Shown here one piece after another: positions 11,584 through 20,930 of a stretch of 64,000 nt of DNA. The stretch lies in assembly GCA_963787835.1 (NCBI GenBank), contig CAWBEI010000004.1, positions 128,001 to 192,000 of the forward strand, in the 5' to 3' direction. The stretch comes from Ignavibacteriota bacterium (GTDB taxonomy: Bacteria; Bacteroidota; Ignavibacteria; Palsa-1295). Under the pieces are notes generated by a model. It worked only from the letters and a program-made list of their open reading frames with translations. It was not told the DNA's origin and did not search any database. The position numbers and the translations under genes were made by a program. Each line of letters starts with the position of its first letter. The first letter of the stretch is position 1.

Positions 11584-11936
11584 TACCGAGGTGAATAAAT
11601 CTTTGAAAATACTAAATTATCAGATGTGAAAAGCGTTGAGATTGATAAAAATGCTACAATCCTGTGCCATCTCCAGGATCCATCGTGGATTTTGAAAAGA
11701 TGGCAAAATAACAGGCCAGCGCAATTTTCATGTGTGCTGGCCCCGAACAATAAACGTTCAATTTTCTTACGGTTGGGTCAATTCTTTTATGTATTTGATC
11801 TCCAGAAATAGCAGCAGATAGGGTGGGATATGCAGGCAATATTCCCCGAACACTCCTATCACACCATGACGGATTATCTCAGCCGCGCATGGTTGGTGTA
11901 TAAGCCGTAGGGGGTTCGTTTCTTTTCATTCCCGCA

Positions 11937-11997
11937 GTGTATAAACCGGGTTTTAACCCGGAGCGAATTTTCACCGGGTTGAAACCCGGTGTACACC
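11937..11997. repeat. REP doublet (REPIN-like)
   Basis: GTGTATAAACCGGGTTTTAACCCGG plus an inverted copy ACCGGGTTGAAACCCGGTGTACACC. Each forms its own hairpin. Confidence 0.7.
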
Positions 11998-12215
11998 CAA
12001 CCTATTCTGTCTTCATGAAAAGCACTATTTTAATGAATAAATAGCTTTCGCTGTTACCTTTTTGCTTTTCATAGGTCTTCTTAATTTAAGGGCGATATGC
12101 TTTCGAGCAATTATTAGGATCATAGGAATAGACGATGCTCTTAGTAGAATAACAATTTTGGACCCCACGCCCATCCAGGAGTGTGAGGCTCTTTGTTTTT
12201 ATGGAACGAAGTTTT

Positions 12216-15212
12216 ATGCGAACTCTCGGAATTGTTTTGGTAGCAATGGTCTGCGTTTCGCAAGCCTGTGCCCAATCAAGTTCACATTGGAGAAAAATGG
12301 GACAGTTTCCACCTGACTATCCAATAGCGTGTGGTTATTTTTGGAATACCCAGCATGGAATTGTCGGGGGAATTGACGGAATCTTTTATACAACAAATGG
12401 AGGAACAACTTGGCAGACAAGCGCGGTGCCAAGTTTTTCCGCTTATATCACATCCATTTATATGAAAGATACACTCGCTGGATGGGCTTCGTTAGCAACG
12501 CTCCAGCCTGGAACAACAGTTTTGTGGCAAACAATGGATGGTGGCGTTACATGGAAAAACGTACCTGGTTATGTGTCAGGAGGGAAGCAGCCGGACGGAA
12601 ATGGAGATTCCGACGATCCCTCAGGTATTACTGATATTTCGATTGCACCCACAACCGGTGCTTTAATCCTTACCTCATGGGGTTTGCATTTTACTTTTCC
12701 GCCAGAGGATGCAACTTCCATTACATGGGATAGCACTGGATTGGGTGTAATTGGCGGCTTCGGAGATTGTTACGTTTCGTCCAATAGGGGAAAGACATGG
12801 AAAATGACAGGCAACGATCCTGGATGGGCATTCGGAATTTTTCCTTCTTCAAATTGGCATACATTTTTTGAAGTCTCATACGTGCTTCCATGGGGAACGA
12901 TTTATACATCGAAAGATCAGGGAGCGACATGGGACTCGGTTTATGCCACGGGGCAGCTAATGACTGGCGATGCCGAAGGCGCCCCGGGGGTTTGTTATGT
13001 TCAGAGTAGCAGCAACGGTATCTATCGAACTACCGATACTGGTAACACATGGGTAAATATTGGTGGCCCATCCAATGTGGAAATCACACGTTTTTGCGTG
13101 CTGGGTTGTAACGGGGCAACTGTGATCGCATTCGATGACACAGGTGGCGTTTGGCTAACACAGGATGGCGGCGATGGAACGCTTTCCAAAGCTATTCAAA
13201 CTCTCTTGATCGATACGTTCCCATCCGTTTCACAATGCTCACAGAGTAGGATGGGCGTAAAACTCAACATCTCAAATTCCTGCCAGAACTCGTTCTCGCT
13301 TACGGGTTATCATTTAGAGGACGATACTACTCATTTTTCGCTTGATTCATTGCTCCCATTTCCTAAATCTTATGGCGGCGGAGACTACACTGACTCTTTT
13401 TACGTTTCTTTCAACCCACAAACACAGCCCGGCACATTTACGACGAAGTTACACGTAACCGGGACGGTATTCTTGTCGGATAGTTCTTTTTCGTATGACA
13501 CGGTAATTTTGATAACTGCAACTTCGACTCCAAGCCGGCCCAATATCATTGCATCTGATTCTTTGCTCGCTTTTGGCGCGATCTCCACTTGCAATGGAAC
13601 GGCGCTTGCATCTGTCACTTTCAAGAACGGCGGTTGTGCCCCGGATACGATCACAAACTTTACACTTTCCGGTACGGGTTTCACAGGCCCGAATGATACA
13701 CTACCCATAATTGTGCTAGCAGGTGATTCGGTGAAACTTGAGTATCGTTTCGTTCCGCCGGATTCGGGTGTGTTTACCGGTCAGGCACAGTTGAATGTGG
13801 TTTCGATGGGCCTGACGGAAAATCCGGTGATTGACTTGTCCGGTCAGGGTGTGCAGGGCCTTGGGGTGCTGGACGTGCGCAGCATGGGACTACAAGCGGG
13901 AAGTTTCTCTTTCTGCACGGGCGATACGACGCTTACAGACACCATCTCGAACACCGGCTGCGACACGCTGGTGATCTCGAATATCCGATTTGCGGGTGGG
14001 TCGGCGTTCTCGCTTCTTTCAGTAAGCGGGGATTCTCTATTGCTTCCGGGTGCAAGCCGCGTGTTTCAGTTTCATTTTGTGCCGAGAACGAAAGGTGCGC
14101 AGTCCGCCACACTGACGTTTCATTCCCAGAATATCGTGAACGATGCCGGGCACGATACAACCATCACGCTTGCGGGTATCGGACTCGGTGGCACAAAGAT
14201 ACTTACAGCCGATACATCGCTCCGGGATTTTGGTGGGTTGTATGCGTGCCAGTCGCGGGATACAACGATTGTGCTTTCCAATCCGGGGTGCGATACGCTT
14301 CGGATCGATAGTGGTACTGTGAACAATGGTACGTATTCGACGAACGCGATTTATCCGATCATACTTCCACCTGATTCCTCTGTGTCAGTTACAATTCATT
14401 TAACCGCCGATAGCGCGGGCATGAATGGAACGCTCACATTCTTCAGCGATGCCAACAAGGGTGATAGCGTGGTAACGATTCCGCTCACGGCAAGCATCAT
14501 TCCGCCAGCGCATTTGGTTCTCGCACTTTCGCCATCGGACACCGCAACGGATGGTACACTTGTGAAATGCTACGTACTGCTCGAAGGTCAGGTGCCTCCC
14601 GGTGCGATCTCCGGGATGCAGTTCGATATTACGCATAATGACGATCTGCTAAGTTTTTTGAATGCAAGCGGGGTAACGATGACTGGAACTGCTGGAACTC
14701 CGGAGGCGCAGGTGCTGCATTTTGCTGCGGGGAGTCAGGCTGGAAGCCCGACCTACGCGGATACTATTGGGACAATCACGTTCCGGGTGTATCTGAGCGA
14801 TTCCATCTTTACGCCGCTTTCATTATCGAACGTGACGTTTACGAATTCACTTTCCTTATCGGATGATTGCGTAGCGAGCATTCTCGATTCGGGAGCGTCG
14901 TTCACCTATCTCTATCGTTGCGGCGAACCGATCATACAGGATGCGATGGAGAACGTGACGCCATTCTCGATCGAATCAATTGTTCCCAATCCGGCAGGAG
15001 ATGAGATCACCATTGAGTTATCGGGGAGTGCTCAGCCGGTTATCGAGATGTATGATGCGTTGGGCAGGAGTGTGCTGACCACCCCCCAGCCCCCTCCTTC
15101 TATAGGAGTGGGAGTAGTGCTCGATGTGTCTGAGGTGCCATCGGGAATCTATTATCTCAGGTTTTCGTCCGAAGGGTGTGTTCAGACAAGGAGGATTTCG
15201 GTTGCGCGGTAA
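12216..15212 (+). CDS. T9SS-secreted protein: BNR/Asp-box beta-propeller + Ig-like (choice-of-anchor D-like) domains + CTD
   Basis: Signal peptide, repeated T.DGG.TW boxes and repeated N.GCDTL.I Ig units. C-terminal PNPA...YDALGR...SGIYYLR is a CTD. Confidence 0.85.
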   Translation: MRTLGIVLVAMVCVSQACAQSSSHWRKMGQFPPDYPIACGYFWNTQHGIVGGIDGIFYTTNGGTTWQTSAVPSFSAYITSIYMKDTLAGWASLATLQPGTTVLWQTMDGGVTWKNVPGYVSGGKQPDGNGDSDDPSGITDISIAPTTGALILTSWGLHFTFPPEDATSITWDSTGLGVIGGFGDCYVSSNRGKTWKMTGNDPGWAFGIFPSSNWHTFFEVSYVLPWGTIYTSKDQGATWDSVYATGQLMTGDAEGAPGVCYVQSSSNGIYRTTDTGNTWVNIGGPSNVEITRFCVLGCNGATVIAFDDTGGVWLTQDGGDGTLSKAIQTLLIDTFPSVSQCSQSRMGVKLNISNSCQNSFSLTGYHLEDDTTHFSLDSLLPFPKSYGGGDYTDSFYVSFNPQTQPGTFTTKLHVTGTVFLSDSSFSYDTVILITATSTPSRPNIIASDSLLAFGAISTCNGTALASVTFKNGGCAPDTITNFTLSGTGFTGPNDTLPIIVLAGDSVKLEYRFVPPDSGVFTGQAQLNVVSMGLTENPVIDLSGQGVQGLGVLDVRSMGLQAGSFSFCTGDTTLTDTISNTGCDTLVISNIRFAGGSAFSLLSVSGDSLLLPGASRVFQFHFVPRTKGAQSATLTFHSQNIVNDAGHDTTITLAGIGLGGTKILTADTSLRDFGGLYACQSRDTTIVLSNPGCDTLRIDSGTVNNGTYSTNAIYPIILPPDSSVSVTIHLTADSAGMNGTLTFFSDANKGDSVVTIPLTASIIPPAHLVLALSPSDTATDGTLVKCYVLLEGQVPPGAISGMQFDITHNDDLLSFLNASGVTMTGTAGTPEAQVLHFAAGSQAGSPTYADTIGTITFRVYLSDSIFTPLSLSNVTFTNSLSLSDDCVASILDSGASFTYLYRCGEPIIQDAMENVTPFSIESIVPNPAGDEITIELSGSAQPVIEMYDALGRSVLTTPQPPPSIGVGVVLDVSEVPSGIYYLRFSSEGCVQTRRISVAR
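14734..14756 (-). repeat. GTAG-type REP hairpin inside the CDS
   Basis: The reverse complement is GTAG-GTCGGGCT-TCC-AGCCTGAC, read in frame as SQAGSPTY. Confidence 0.6.
15078..15116 (+). repeat. Palindromic CCCCTCC/GGAGGGG-type element inside T9SS CTD (copy 1)
   Basis: ACCACCCCCCAGCCCCCTCCTTCTATAGGAGTGGGAGTA, encoding TTPQPPPSIGVGV. Confidence 0.7.
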
Positions 15213-15276
15213 ATTAATCGCCGATTTGAAAGGAAGAGAATTCTACGGAACGAATACCAAGCCTATCAATGCTGGC

Positions 15277-17031
15277 ATGGTATTCCCGTTTTTTCTTTTT
15301 TTCGTGGCAGCAATCATCCTAACAACTTCTGGAAAACTTTATGCTCAATGGGAACCCGTGATAACTTTGCCAGGGCCAATTTGCACCGTTTATTTTATGG
15401 ATCAGGTTGGTAAGCCAGAAATTGGGTTCATAAGTGCATATTGGAATCAGTTAGTCAAATTCGATACGAACCATTACTTGTGGCGGACATCCGATGCTGG
15501 AATGACATGGCGAGGGCTTGATATTCCCCCAGCTGATACGGAGCCGTGGCTTAGAGGTGGGGCAAGGGACTTCGCGTTCAAAGATAGCTTGAATGGTTGG
15601 ATGGCAAATTATATTAACTTTCAAACAACGGATGCAGGGCTTTCGTGGATTCCGATGTCTCCCGACATCAATGGTCCCGCCGATGAGGATTGGGCAATCG
15701 CCTATAATTCTGAAACGAAGTTATTGTTTTGTTCTCGTATTACTAATGGTGTTGGAGCAACCGATACGGCAAAATCTTCTTCTGACGATGGCACAACATG
15801 GAAAGCTCTCGCTCCGTTATGCTCATACAACGGATATGCATTTTCCGGTTTGAATGGGATTGTGACTGGTTTAGAGAGTATTCCTGTTCCCGCTTTATAC
15901 ACCACGGATGGTGGCTATACATGGCTTGAAAGTAATTTTTCTGATGAGTGTTATCAACCGGCATGTATCCCAGGAACGAACACTTTTGTCGCAGAATCTG
16001 AATTAATGCATAGAATATCACGATCAGATGATGGTGGAAAAACATGGCGGACAATCTTTACTCTTAATAATTATCCCAGTGCTTACAGCTCGAGTGGTTG
16101 TATTCGCACGGACGACTGCGGAAATCTTTATGTGGTGACCTTCGAAGGCTTTTTCATGTCTTCTGATGCGGGTGATAGCTGGCATTCAATCGGCGGCCCT
16201 GCAGAATGGAAAGACGTTAGATTTTGGGTAACGAAAGATTATATTTATGCTGCGGACCAAAAAGATGTGGCGATGTATGACCAGTATCCCAGCACGGTAT
16301 GGCGCTATCCTTTGCATAACCGGGTTACGTTTGCGCTGACCGACAGCTCCAAACTCACCTCCATAAAGCCTGGAACGGATGTCAGCGTGAATATTCCGGT
16401 TGAGATCAATCAATCGCTTGGCTCCGATTCGCTCCATTTGGTAATCCGGTTCGATACTGCGCCATTGGAACTGAAAAATATCCTTCTTACGGGCGGTCTC
16501 TCGCTTATCGACTCCAGTTCTAATGACGATACACTAAATTTATGGCTTGTACTTGATTCCAATCAAGTATCGCGATCGCCAAATATCGGTTTAACATTTA
16601 AAACATTCCTCAATAGCCCCACCGCAAAGATCCATCTCGATTCCACACAATTTTATGGTGGTTGCGCAACATGCAACTGCGCGTTAGCTGTTTCTCATCC
16701 CGATTCCGTTCAAATCAATTTTAACGCCTGTGGGGATTCGCTTCTTCTTGCAGCGATGAATGGCAGGCCGTTGTTCACGATCGAGAGTATTCAGCCGAAT
16801 CCGGCGGCGGATGAGATCATGGTTCAGTTATCTGGGAATGTTCAGCCCGTTATCGAGATGTATGATGCGTTGGGAAGGAGTGTGCTCGCGCAGAGGACCA
16901 CCCCCCAGCCCCCTCCTTCTATAGGAGGGGGAGTAATACTCGATGTGTCGGGTGTGCCATCGGGGATTTATTTTCTGCGGGTGTCGTCGGGAGGGTATGT
17001 GCAATCGAGGAGTGTGGTGGTGCAGCATTAA
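15277..17031 (+). CDS. T9SS-secreted BNR-repeat beta-propeller protein with CTD
   Basis: Signal peptide from MVFPFF, repeated S/T.D.G..W boxes and a PNPA...SGIYFLR CTD very similar to that of the upstream gene. Confidence 0.85.
   Translation: MVFPFFLFFVAAIILTTSGKLYAQWEPVITLPGPICTVYFMDQVGKPEIGFISAYWNQLVKFDTNHYLWRTSDAGMTWRGLDIPPADTEPWLRGGARDFAFKDSLNGWMANYINFQTTDAGLSWIPMSPDINGPADEDWAIAYNSETKLLFCSRITNGVGATDTAKSSSDDGTTWKALAPLCSYNGYAFSGLNGIVTGLESIPVPALYTTDGGYTWLESNFSDECYQPACIPGTNTFVAESELMHRISRSDDGGKTWRTIFTLNNYPSAYSSSGCIRTDDCGNLYVVTFEGFFMSSDAGDSWHSIGGPAEWKDVRFWVTKDYIYAADQKDVAMYDQYPSTVWRYPLHNRVTFALTDSSKLTSIKPGTDVSVNIPVEINQSLGSDSLHLVIRFDTAPLELKNILLTGGLSLIDSSSNDDTLNLWLVLDSNQVSRSPNIGLTFKTFLNSPTAKIHLDSTQFYGGCATCNCALAVSHPDSVQINFNACGDSLLLAAMNGRPLFTIESIQPNPAADEIMVQLSGNVQPVIEMYDALGRSVLAQRTTPQPPPSIGGGVILDVSGVPSGIYFLRVSSGGYVQSRSVVVQH
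16897..16935 (+). repeat. Palindromic CCCCTCC/GGAGGGG-type element inside T9SS CTD (copy 2)
   Basis: ACCACCCCCCAGCCCCCTCCTTCTATAGGAGGGGGAGTA, one mismatch to copy 1. Stem CCCCCTCCT/AGGAGGGGG. Confidence 0.7.
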
Positions 17032-17055
17032 TTGTGGGATGTAATGATAATATGA

Positions 17056-17116
17056 TGTGTGCAGGGAAGCGCTGCTTCCCGGAGATGGTCACGGAAGCAG
17101 CGCTTCCGTGCACACA
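17056..17116. repeat. REP doublet (REPIN-like), second family
   Basis: TGTGTGCAGGGAAGCGCTGCTTCCCG ... CACGGAAGCAGCGCTTCCGTGCACACA form an inverted pair. Confidence 0.75.
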
Positions 17117-17389
17117 ACACTATGATTTTTGTAGTGGGCGAAATAATTGTCGTATATTAGAGTATGGTATTAAAGGCACCTATTTCTGGGAGAACAAACA
17201 GTGCATAAGTTCATGAAAGAAACAGGGGTGTTCATTAAATGACAATTCAATTGATTACAATGGGCACCTATTCTTGGGGAAAGGATGAAAGATGAATTAT
17301 AAAGTATGAAATGGGAAGAACGATGAAAGCATATCACAACGAATGGCGAATTTCACTTAAAAACGCCATAGTTCATGAAACTCGAATGC

Positions 17390-17422
17390 AAAAAAAGCAC
17401 CTGTTTCATCGGAAACGGGTGC
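17390..17422 (-). terminator. Intrinsic terminator of the ppsA-SDR transcript
   Basis: GCACCTGTTTC-ATCG-GAAACGGGTGC preceded by A7 on + (U7 tail on -). Confidence 0.75.
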
Positions 17423-17445
17423 CTTATCTTACAGGACTCTAAGTT

Positions 17446-18213
17446 TTACCGGGCGGTATATCCACCATCGATCACAAGCTCTGAGCCAGTGACGAATTTT
17501 GCTTCGTCGGATGCAAGATAGACGATACCCCATGCGATGTCATTCGGTTCGCCAATATGACCGAGCGGGTGTAGTGCATCGAGCGCCTTGCGTGCTTGCT
17601 CCTCAGCGCCGGTTTCTTTCGCGAAGTTTTCGACCATCGGAGTCCAGATAAATCCGGGATGGACGGAATTAACGCGAATCTTATCCTTGGCGAATGAGAT
17701 CGCATCATTCTTGGACATTTCCCTAACCGCGCCCTTCGATGCATGATAGGGGGAAACATCTCCGGCGCCGATCAAGCCATAGATCGACGAGAGATTAATG
17801 ATGCTTCCGCCGCCCGCTTTGCGAAGAAAAGGCACTGCATGTTTTGTACAGAAGAATACACCTTTGACATTGATCGACATCAGCTTGTCCCACTCTGCTT
17901 CGGTTACGTCCTCTGTTGACTTATTCGCACCGGATATTCCGGCATTATTAACGAGAATGTCGATCTTGCCCCATTTCGAGTCTATTTCAGACATGACTCG
18001 AATCACATCGGCTTCTTTCGATACATCGAGATGCCAATATACTGCAATTCCGCCATTCATGTTGATCTGATTGACCGTTTCCGCACCGGCTGCATCATTG
18101 ACATCTGTGATCGCGACTTTGGCACCTTCTTCTGCGAGACGGATTGCCGTTTGGTGTCCTATACCGAGCGACGCGCCCGTGATTACTGCTACCTTATCTT
18201 TTACTCTGTTCAT
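17446..18213 (-). CDS. Classical SDR oxidoreductase (glucose 1-dehydrogenase / CpnA-like)
   Basis: TGASLGIG, NNAG, SSIYG, YHASK, NSVHPG and DGGY motifs. Confidence 0.93.
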   Translation of the reverse strand: MNRVKDKVAVITGASLGIGHQTAIRLAEEGAKVAITDVNDAAGAETVNQINMNGGIAVYWHLDVSKEADVIRVMSEIDSKWGKIDILVNNAGISGANKSTEDVTEAEWDKLMSINVKGVFFCTKHAVPFLRKAGGGSIINLSSIYGLIGAGDVSPYHASKGAVREMSKNDAISFAKDKIRVNSVHPGFIWTPMVENFAKETGAEEQARKALDALHPLGHIGEPNDIAWGIVYLASDEAKFVTGSELVIDGGYTAR

Positions 18214-18224
18214 GGAAGTATTTT

Positions 18225-18416
18225 CTAATTTACATGTGACCCGTTATATGCTTGCTGCTTTTTTATCTGGGCCTTAACCCGCATCGTCGACGATGCTTCA
18301 GGTATCGGGCGACAGTTACAATTTTTTGCATGTTCCTTATGCCAAAGCATCCGCTCCATTTCGGTTGCGTTTTTCGGCATTCGGTGCTTTTCATGCCATT
18401 CCCGATTGATAGCCAT
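18225..18416 (-). CDS. Small His/Cys/Trp-rich hypothetical protein
   Basis: Fills the ppsA-SDR gap tightly. WH..H.MP...WH.EH...C.CRPIP pattern. Confidence 0.7.
   Translation of the reverse strand: MAINREWHEKHRMPKNATEMERMLWHKEHAKNCNCRPIPEASSTMRVKAQIKKQQAYNGSHVN
18281..18298 (+). repeat. 18-bp palindromic element
   Basis: GCATCGTCGACGATGCTT inside the small CDS. Confidence 0.85.
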
Positions 18417-18422
18417 GGTGTA

Positions 18423-20918
18423 TTACTCCTCTATATCGAAATCCGGATGATGATCCGAATGCTCCAAAAGTGCTTCTTTTGAAGCCACTACGTAATGTGT
18501 GGGAAATTTCGCTTCTGCAAGATTGATGTTTTCGATCCCACGCAATAACGCATCAGGATTGAAAGAGATACTATCGATATGATGCGCAACGAGAAACTCT
18601 GCGAATGCAGGATGGTCGCTCGGCGCTTGACCGCAGAGGCCGATCTTACGGTCTGCAAGCCGTGCGGATTCAATGACAGACGCCATCATTGCTTTTGGTG
18701 CTTCATTTTGCTCATCGAACAAGTCTCGGATAATATCGGAATCGCGATCGATCCCAAGCGTGAGTTGTGTCAGGTCGTTAGAGCCGATCGAGAATCCATC
18801 AAACACTTCTGCAAATTCTTTTGCAAGTACCACATTGCTCGGAATTTCAGCCATGACGTAAATTTCAAGTCCATTATCGCCGCGCCGGAGTCCTTGTTGC
18901 TCCATGATACCGACGACCTTCCGCCCTTCCTCGACGGTTCGGCAGAACGGGATCATAAGCTTCACATTGGTTAGTCCCATTTCGTCGCGAACCAGTTTCA
19001 TTGCCTGGCATTCAAGAGCAAAGCCCGCTTGGTATCTTGGATTATAATAGCGTGAAGCACCTCGGAAGCCAAGCATCGGGTTCTCTTCTTTGGGTTCAAA
19101 CTCCATGCCGCCAACTAGGTTTGCGTACTCGTTCGTCTTAAAGTCGCTCATACGAACGATCACATCTTTCGGATAAAATGCTGCCGCAATGGTTGCAACT
19201 CCTTCAGCAAGTTTTTCGACGAAGAATCGTTTCTTGTCTTCAAACCCCTTTGTTATCTCAACGATTTGCTGCTTTGCCTTTAAATCTTTCAGTGTATCGA
19301 AATTAACGAGCGCCATGGGATGAATGCGGACGCTGTCGGTAATGATAAATTCGATTCTGAGCAAGCCAACGCCTTGATTCGGATAGAACGAAAGCTCGAA
19401 GGCACGATCGGGATCTGCAAGAATGAGCATCGGCTTGGTACGGGGCATTGTGACTTTACTTAGATCGCGGTCTGTTTTGGAGAACCGTAATTCTCCCCGA
19501 TAGACGGTGCCGCGTCCACTGGCGTCACACACCACGGTGATCATCTCGCCATTGGTGATTTTTTCGGTTGCATCGAGTGCACCTACGATGGCAGGGGTAC
19601 CGAGTTCCCGGGCTACGATCGCGGCATGACTCGTACGTCCACCTTTGTTGGTTACGATGGCATTCGCCCGTTTCATGATCGGATCCCAATCGGGACTGGT
19701 TATGTCCGTAACGAGAATTTCGCCAACCAGAAGCGAATCTTCCTCACGCGGGGATGTGAGAATGTGTGCTTTTCCAGTGACGATCTTGTTGCCAAGACCC
19801 ATTCCTGTTGATAAGACGATGCCTTCTTCGCTTAACTCATACTCGCTGATAGTAATATGTTTATCGCGCGAGCGAACAGTCTCGGGGCGTGCCTGAACGA
19901 TCCAAAGTTCATTCGTTATTCCATCGAGTGCCCATTCGATGTCCATTGGCTCTTTGTAGTGTTCTTCGATCGCAAGCAGCCAGTCTCCAAGCTCTTCTAG
20001 TTGAAGATCGGTGAGCACGAAACGTTCACGAAGATCCTCTGGCGTATTGAGATTGACCGTGCAAATATCTGGATTATCTCGTATGACATCATGATACACC
20101 ATCATTTTTTCCTTCGCGCCAAGCTTGTGGGAGATAACAGCTCGTTGGCCATTTCTGAGTGCGGGCTTGAAGAGGAAGAATTCATCGGGCTCAACAGCTC
20201 CTTGTACCACATTTTCTCCTAATCCCCATGCGCCGGTAATGAGCATCGCGTTGTCAAAACCAGAATCAGGATCGAGCGTGAACGCCACACCCGAAGCTCC
20301 TTTGTCTGAGCGGACCATACGTTGGATCCCAACGGAGACCGCAACTTTGTTATGCTCGAAACCCTGATCTTCCCTGTACTTGATCGCGCGATCCGTATAA
20401 AGGGAAGCAAAACATTTCCTCACAGCCTTGATGACGGCTTCTTTGCCGGTGATATTGAGGTAGGACTCAAGCTGCCCTGCAAAGCTCGCTCCGGCAAGAT
20501 CTTCTGCTGTCGCGCTGCTTCGGACAGCGACGCTAACAGGCTCGCCGTTGCTCGAAAGGGCAAGATAGGAACCAATTATTGCCTGTTCAACTTGATTTTC
20601 AAACTTACCGCGCATGATCGCATCGCGAATCCTTGCGCCGATCTCATGCAAATTAGAATAGTTCTTGTGATCGAGACTTGCAATCGCAGTATCGATCTCC
20701 ATCGACAAGTGATTTAATTCAAGAAAATTCCGGAATGCATCGGTGGTCACGGCAAATCCTTCAGGAATTCGAACGCCTAGCGGGGTCAATGCTTGTGTCA
20801 TCTCGCCAAGGGATGCATTTTTACCACCGACGATTGCAACGTCCTTCATGCCGACTTTTGCAAAAGGAATCACATAGGCAGATAGACCATTCTGGTAAGA
20901 ATCATGCGAGGAATTCAT
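18423..20918 (-). CDS. ppsA: Phosphoenolpyruvate synthase
   Basis: VGGKNASLGEM, VRSSATAED, SFAGQ, GGRTSHAAIVARELG, EENPMLGFRG and GSNDLTQ motifs. Confidence 0.97.
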   Translation of the reverse strand: MNSSHDSYQNGLSAYVIPFAKVGMKDVAIVGGKNASLGEMTQALTPLGVRIPEGFAVTTDAFRNFLELNHLSMEIDTAIASLDHKNYSNLHEIGARIRDAIMRGKFENQVEQAIIGSYLALSSNGEPVSVAVRSSATAEDLAGASFAGQLESYLNITGKEAVIKAVRKCFASLYTDRAIKYREDQGFEHNKVAVSVGIQRMVRSDKGASGVAFTLDPDSGFDNAMLITGAWGLGENVVQGAVEPDEFFLFKPALRNGQRAVISHKLGAKEKMMVYHDVIRDNPDICTVNLNTPEDLRERFVLTDLQLEELGDWLLAIEEHYKEPMDIEWALDGITNELWIVQARPETVRSRDKHITISEYELSEEGIVLSTGMGLGNKIVTGKAHILTSPREEDSLLVGEILVTDITSPDWDPIMKRANAIVTNKGGRTSHAAIVARELGTPAIVGALDATEKITNGEMITVVCDASGRGTVYRGELRFSKTDRDLSKVTMPRTKPMLILADPDRAFELSFYPNQGVGLLRIEFIITDSVRIHPMALVNFDTLKDLKAKQQIVEITKGFEDKKRFFVEKLAEGVATIAAAFYPKDVIVRMSDFKTNEYANLVGGMEFEPKEENPMLGFRGASRYYNPRYQAGFALECQAMKLVRDEMGLTNVKLMIPFCRTVEEGRKVVGIMEQQGLRRGDNGLEIYVMAEIPSNVVLAKEFAEVFDGFSIGSNDLTQLTLGIDRDSDIIRDLFDEQNEAPKAMMASVIESARLADRKIGLCGQAPSDHPAFAEFLVAHHIDSISFNPDALLRGIENINLAEAKFPTHYVVASKEALLEHSDHHPDFDIEE

Positions 20919-20930
20919 TGAAGTAATTAG

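Noticed and set aside
11655-11669. TGGCACAGGATTGT upstream of the acyl-CoA ligase as a sigma54 promoter
   Set aside because: The -12 element is one base off canonical spacing and lacks GC, so it is too weak to call.
14960-17031. Similar CTD-coding regions as a DGR template/variable repeat pair
   Set aside because: Both copies are coding, differences are not confined to adenines, and no reverse transcriptase is present.
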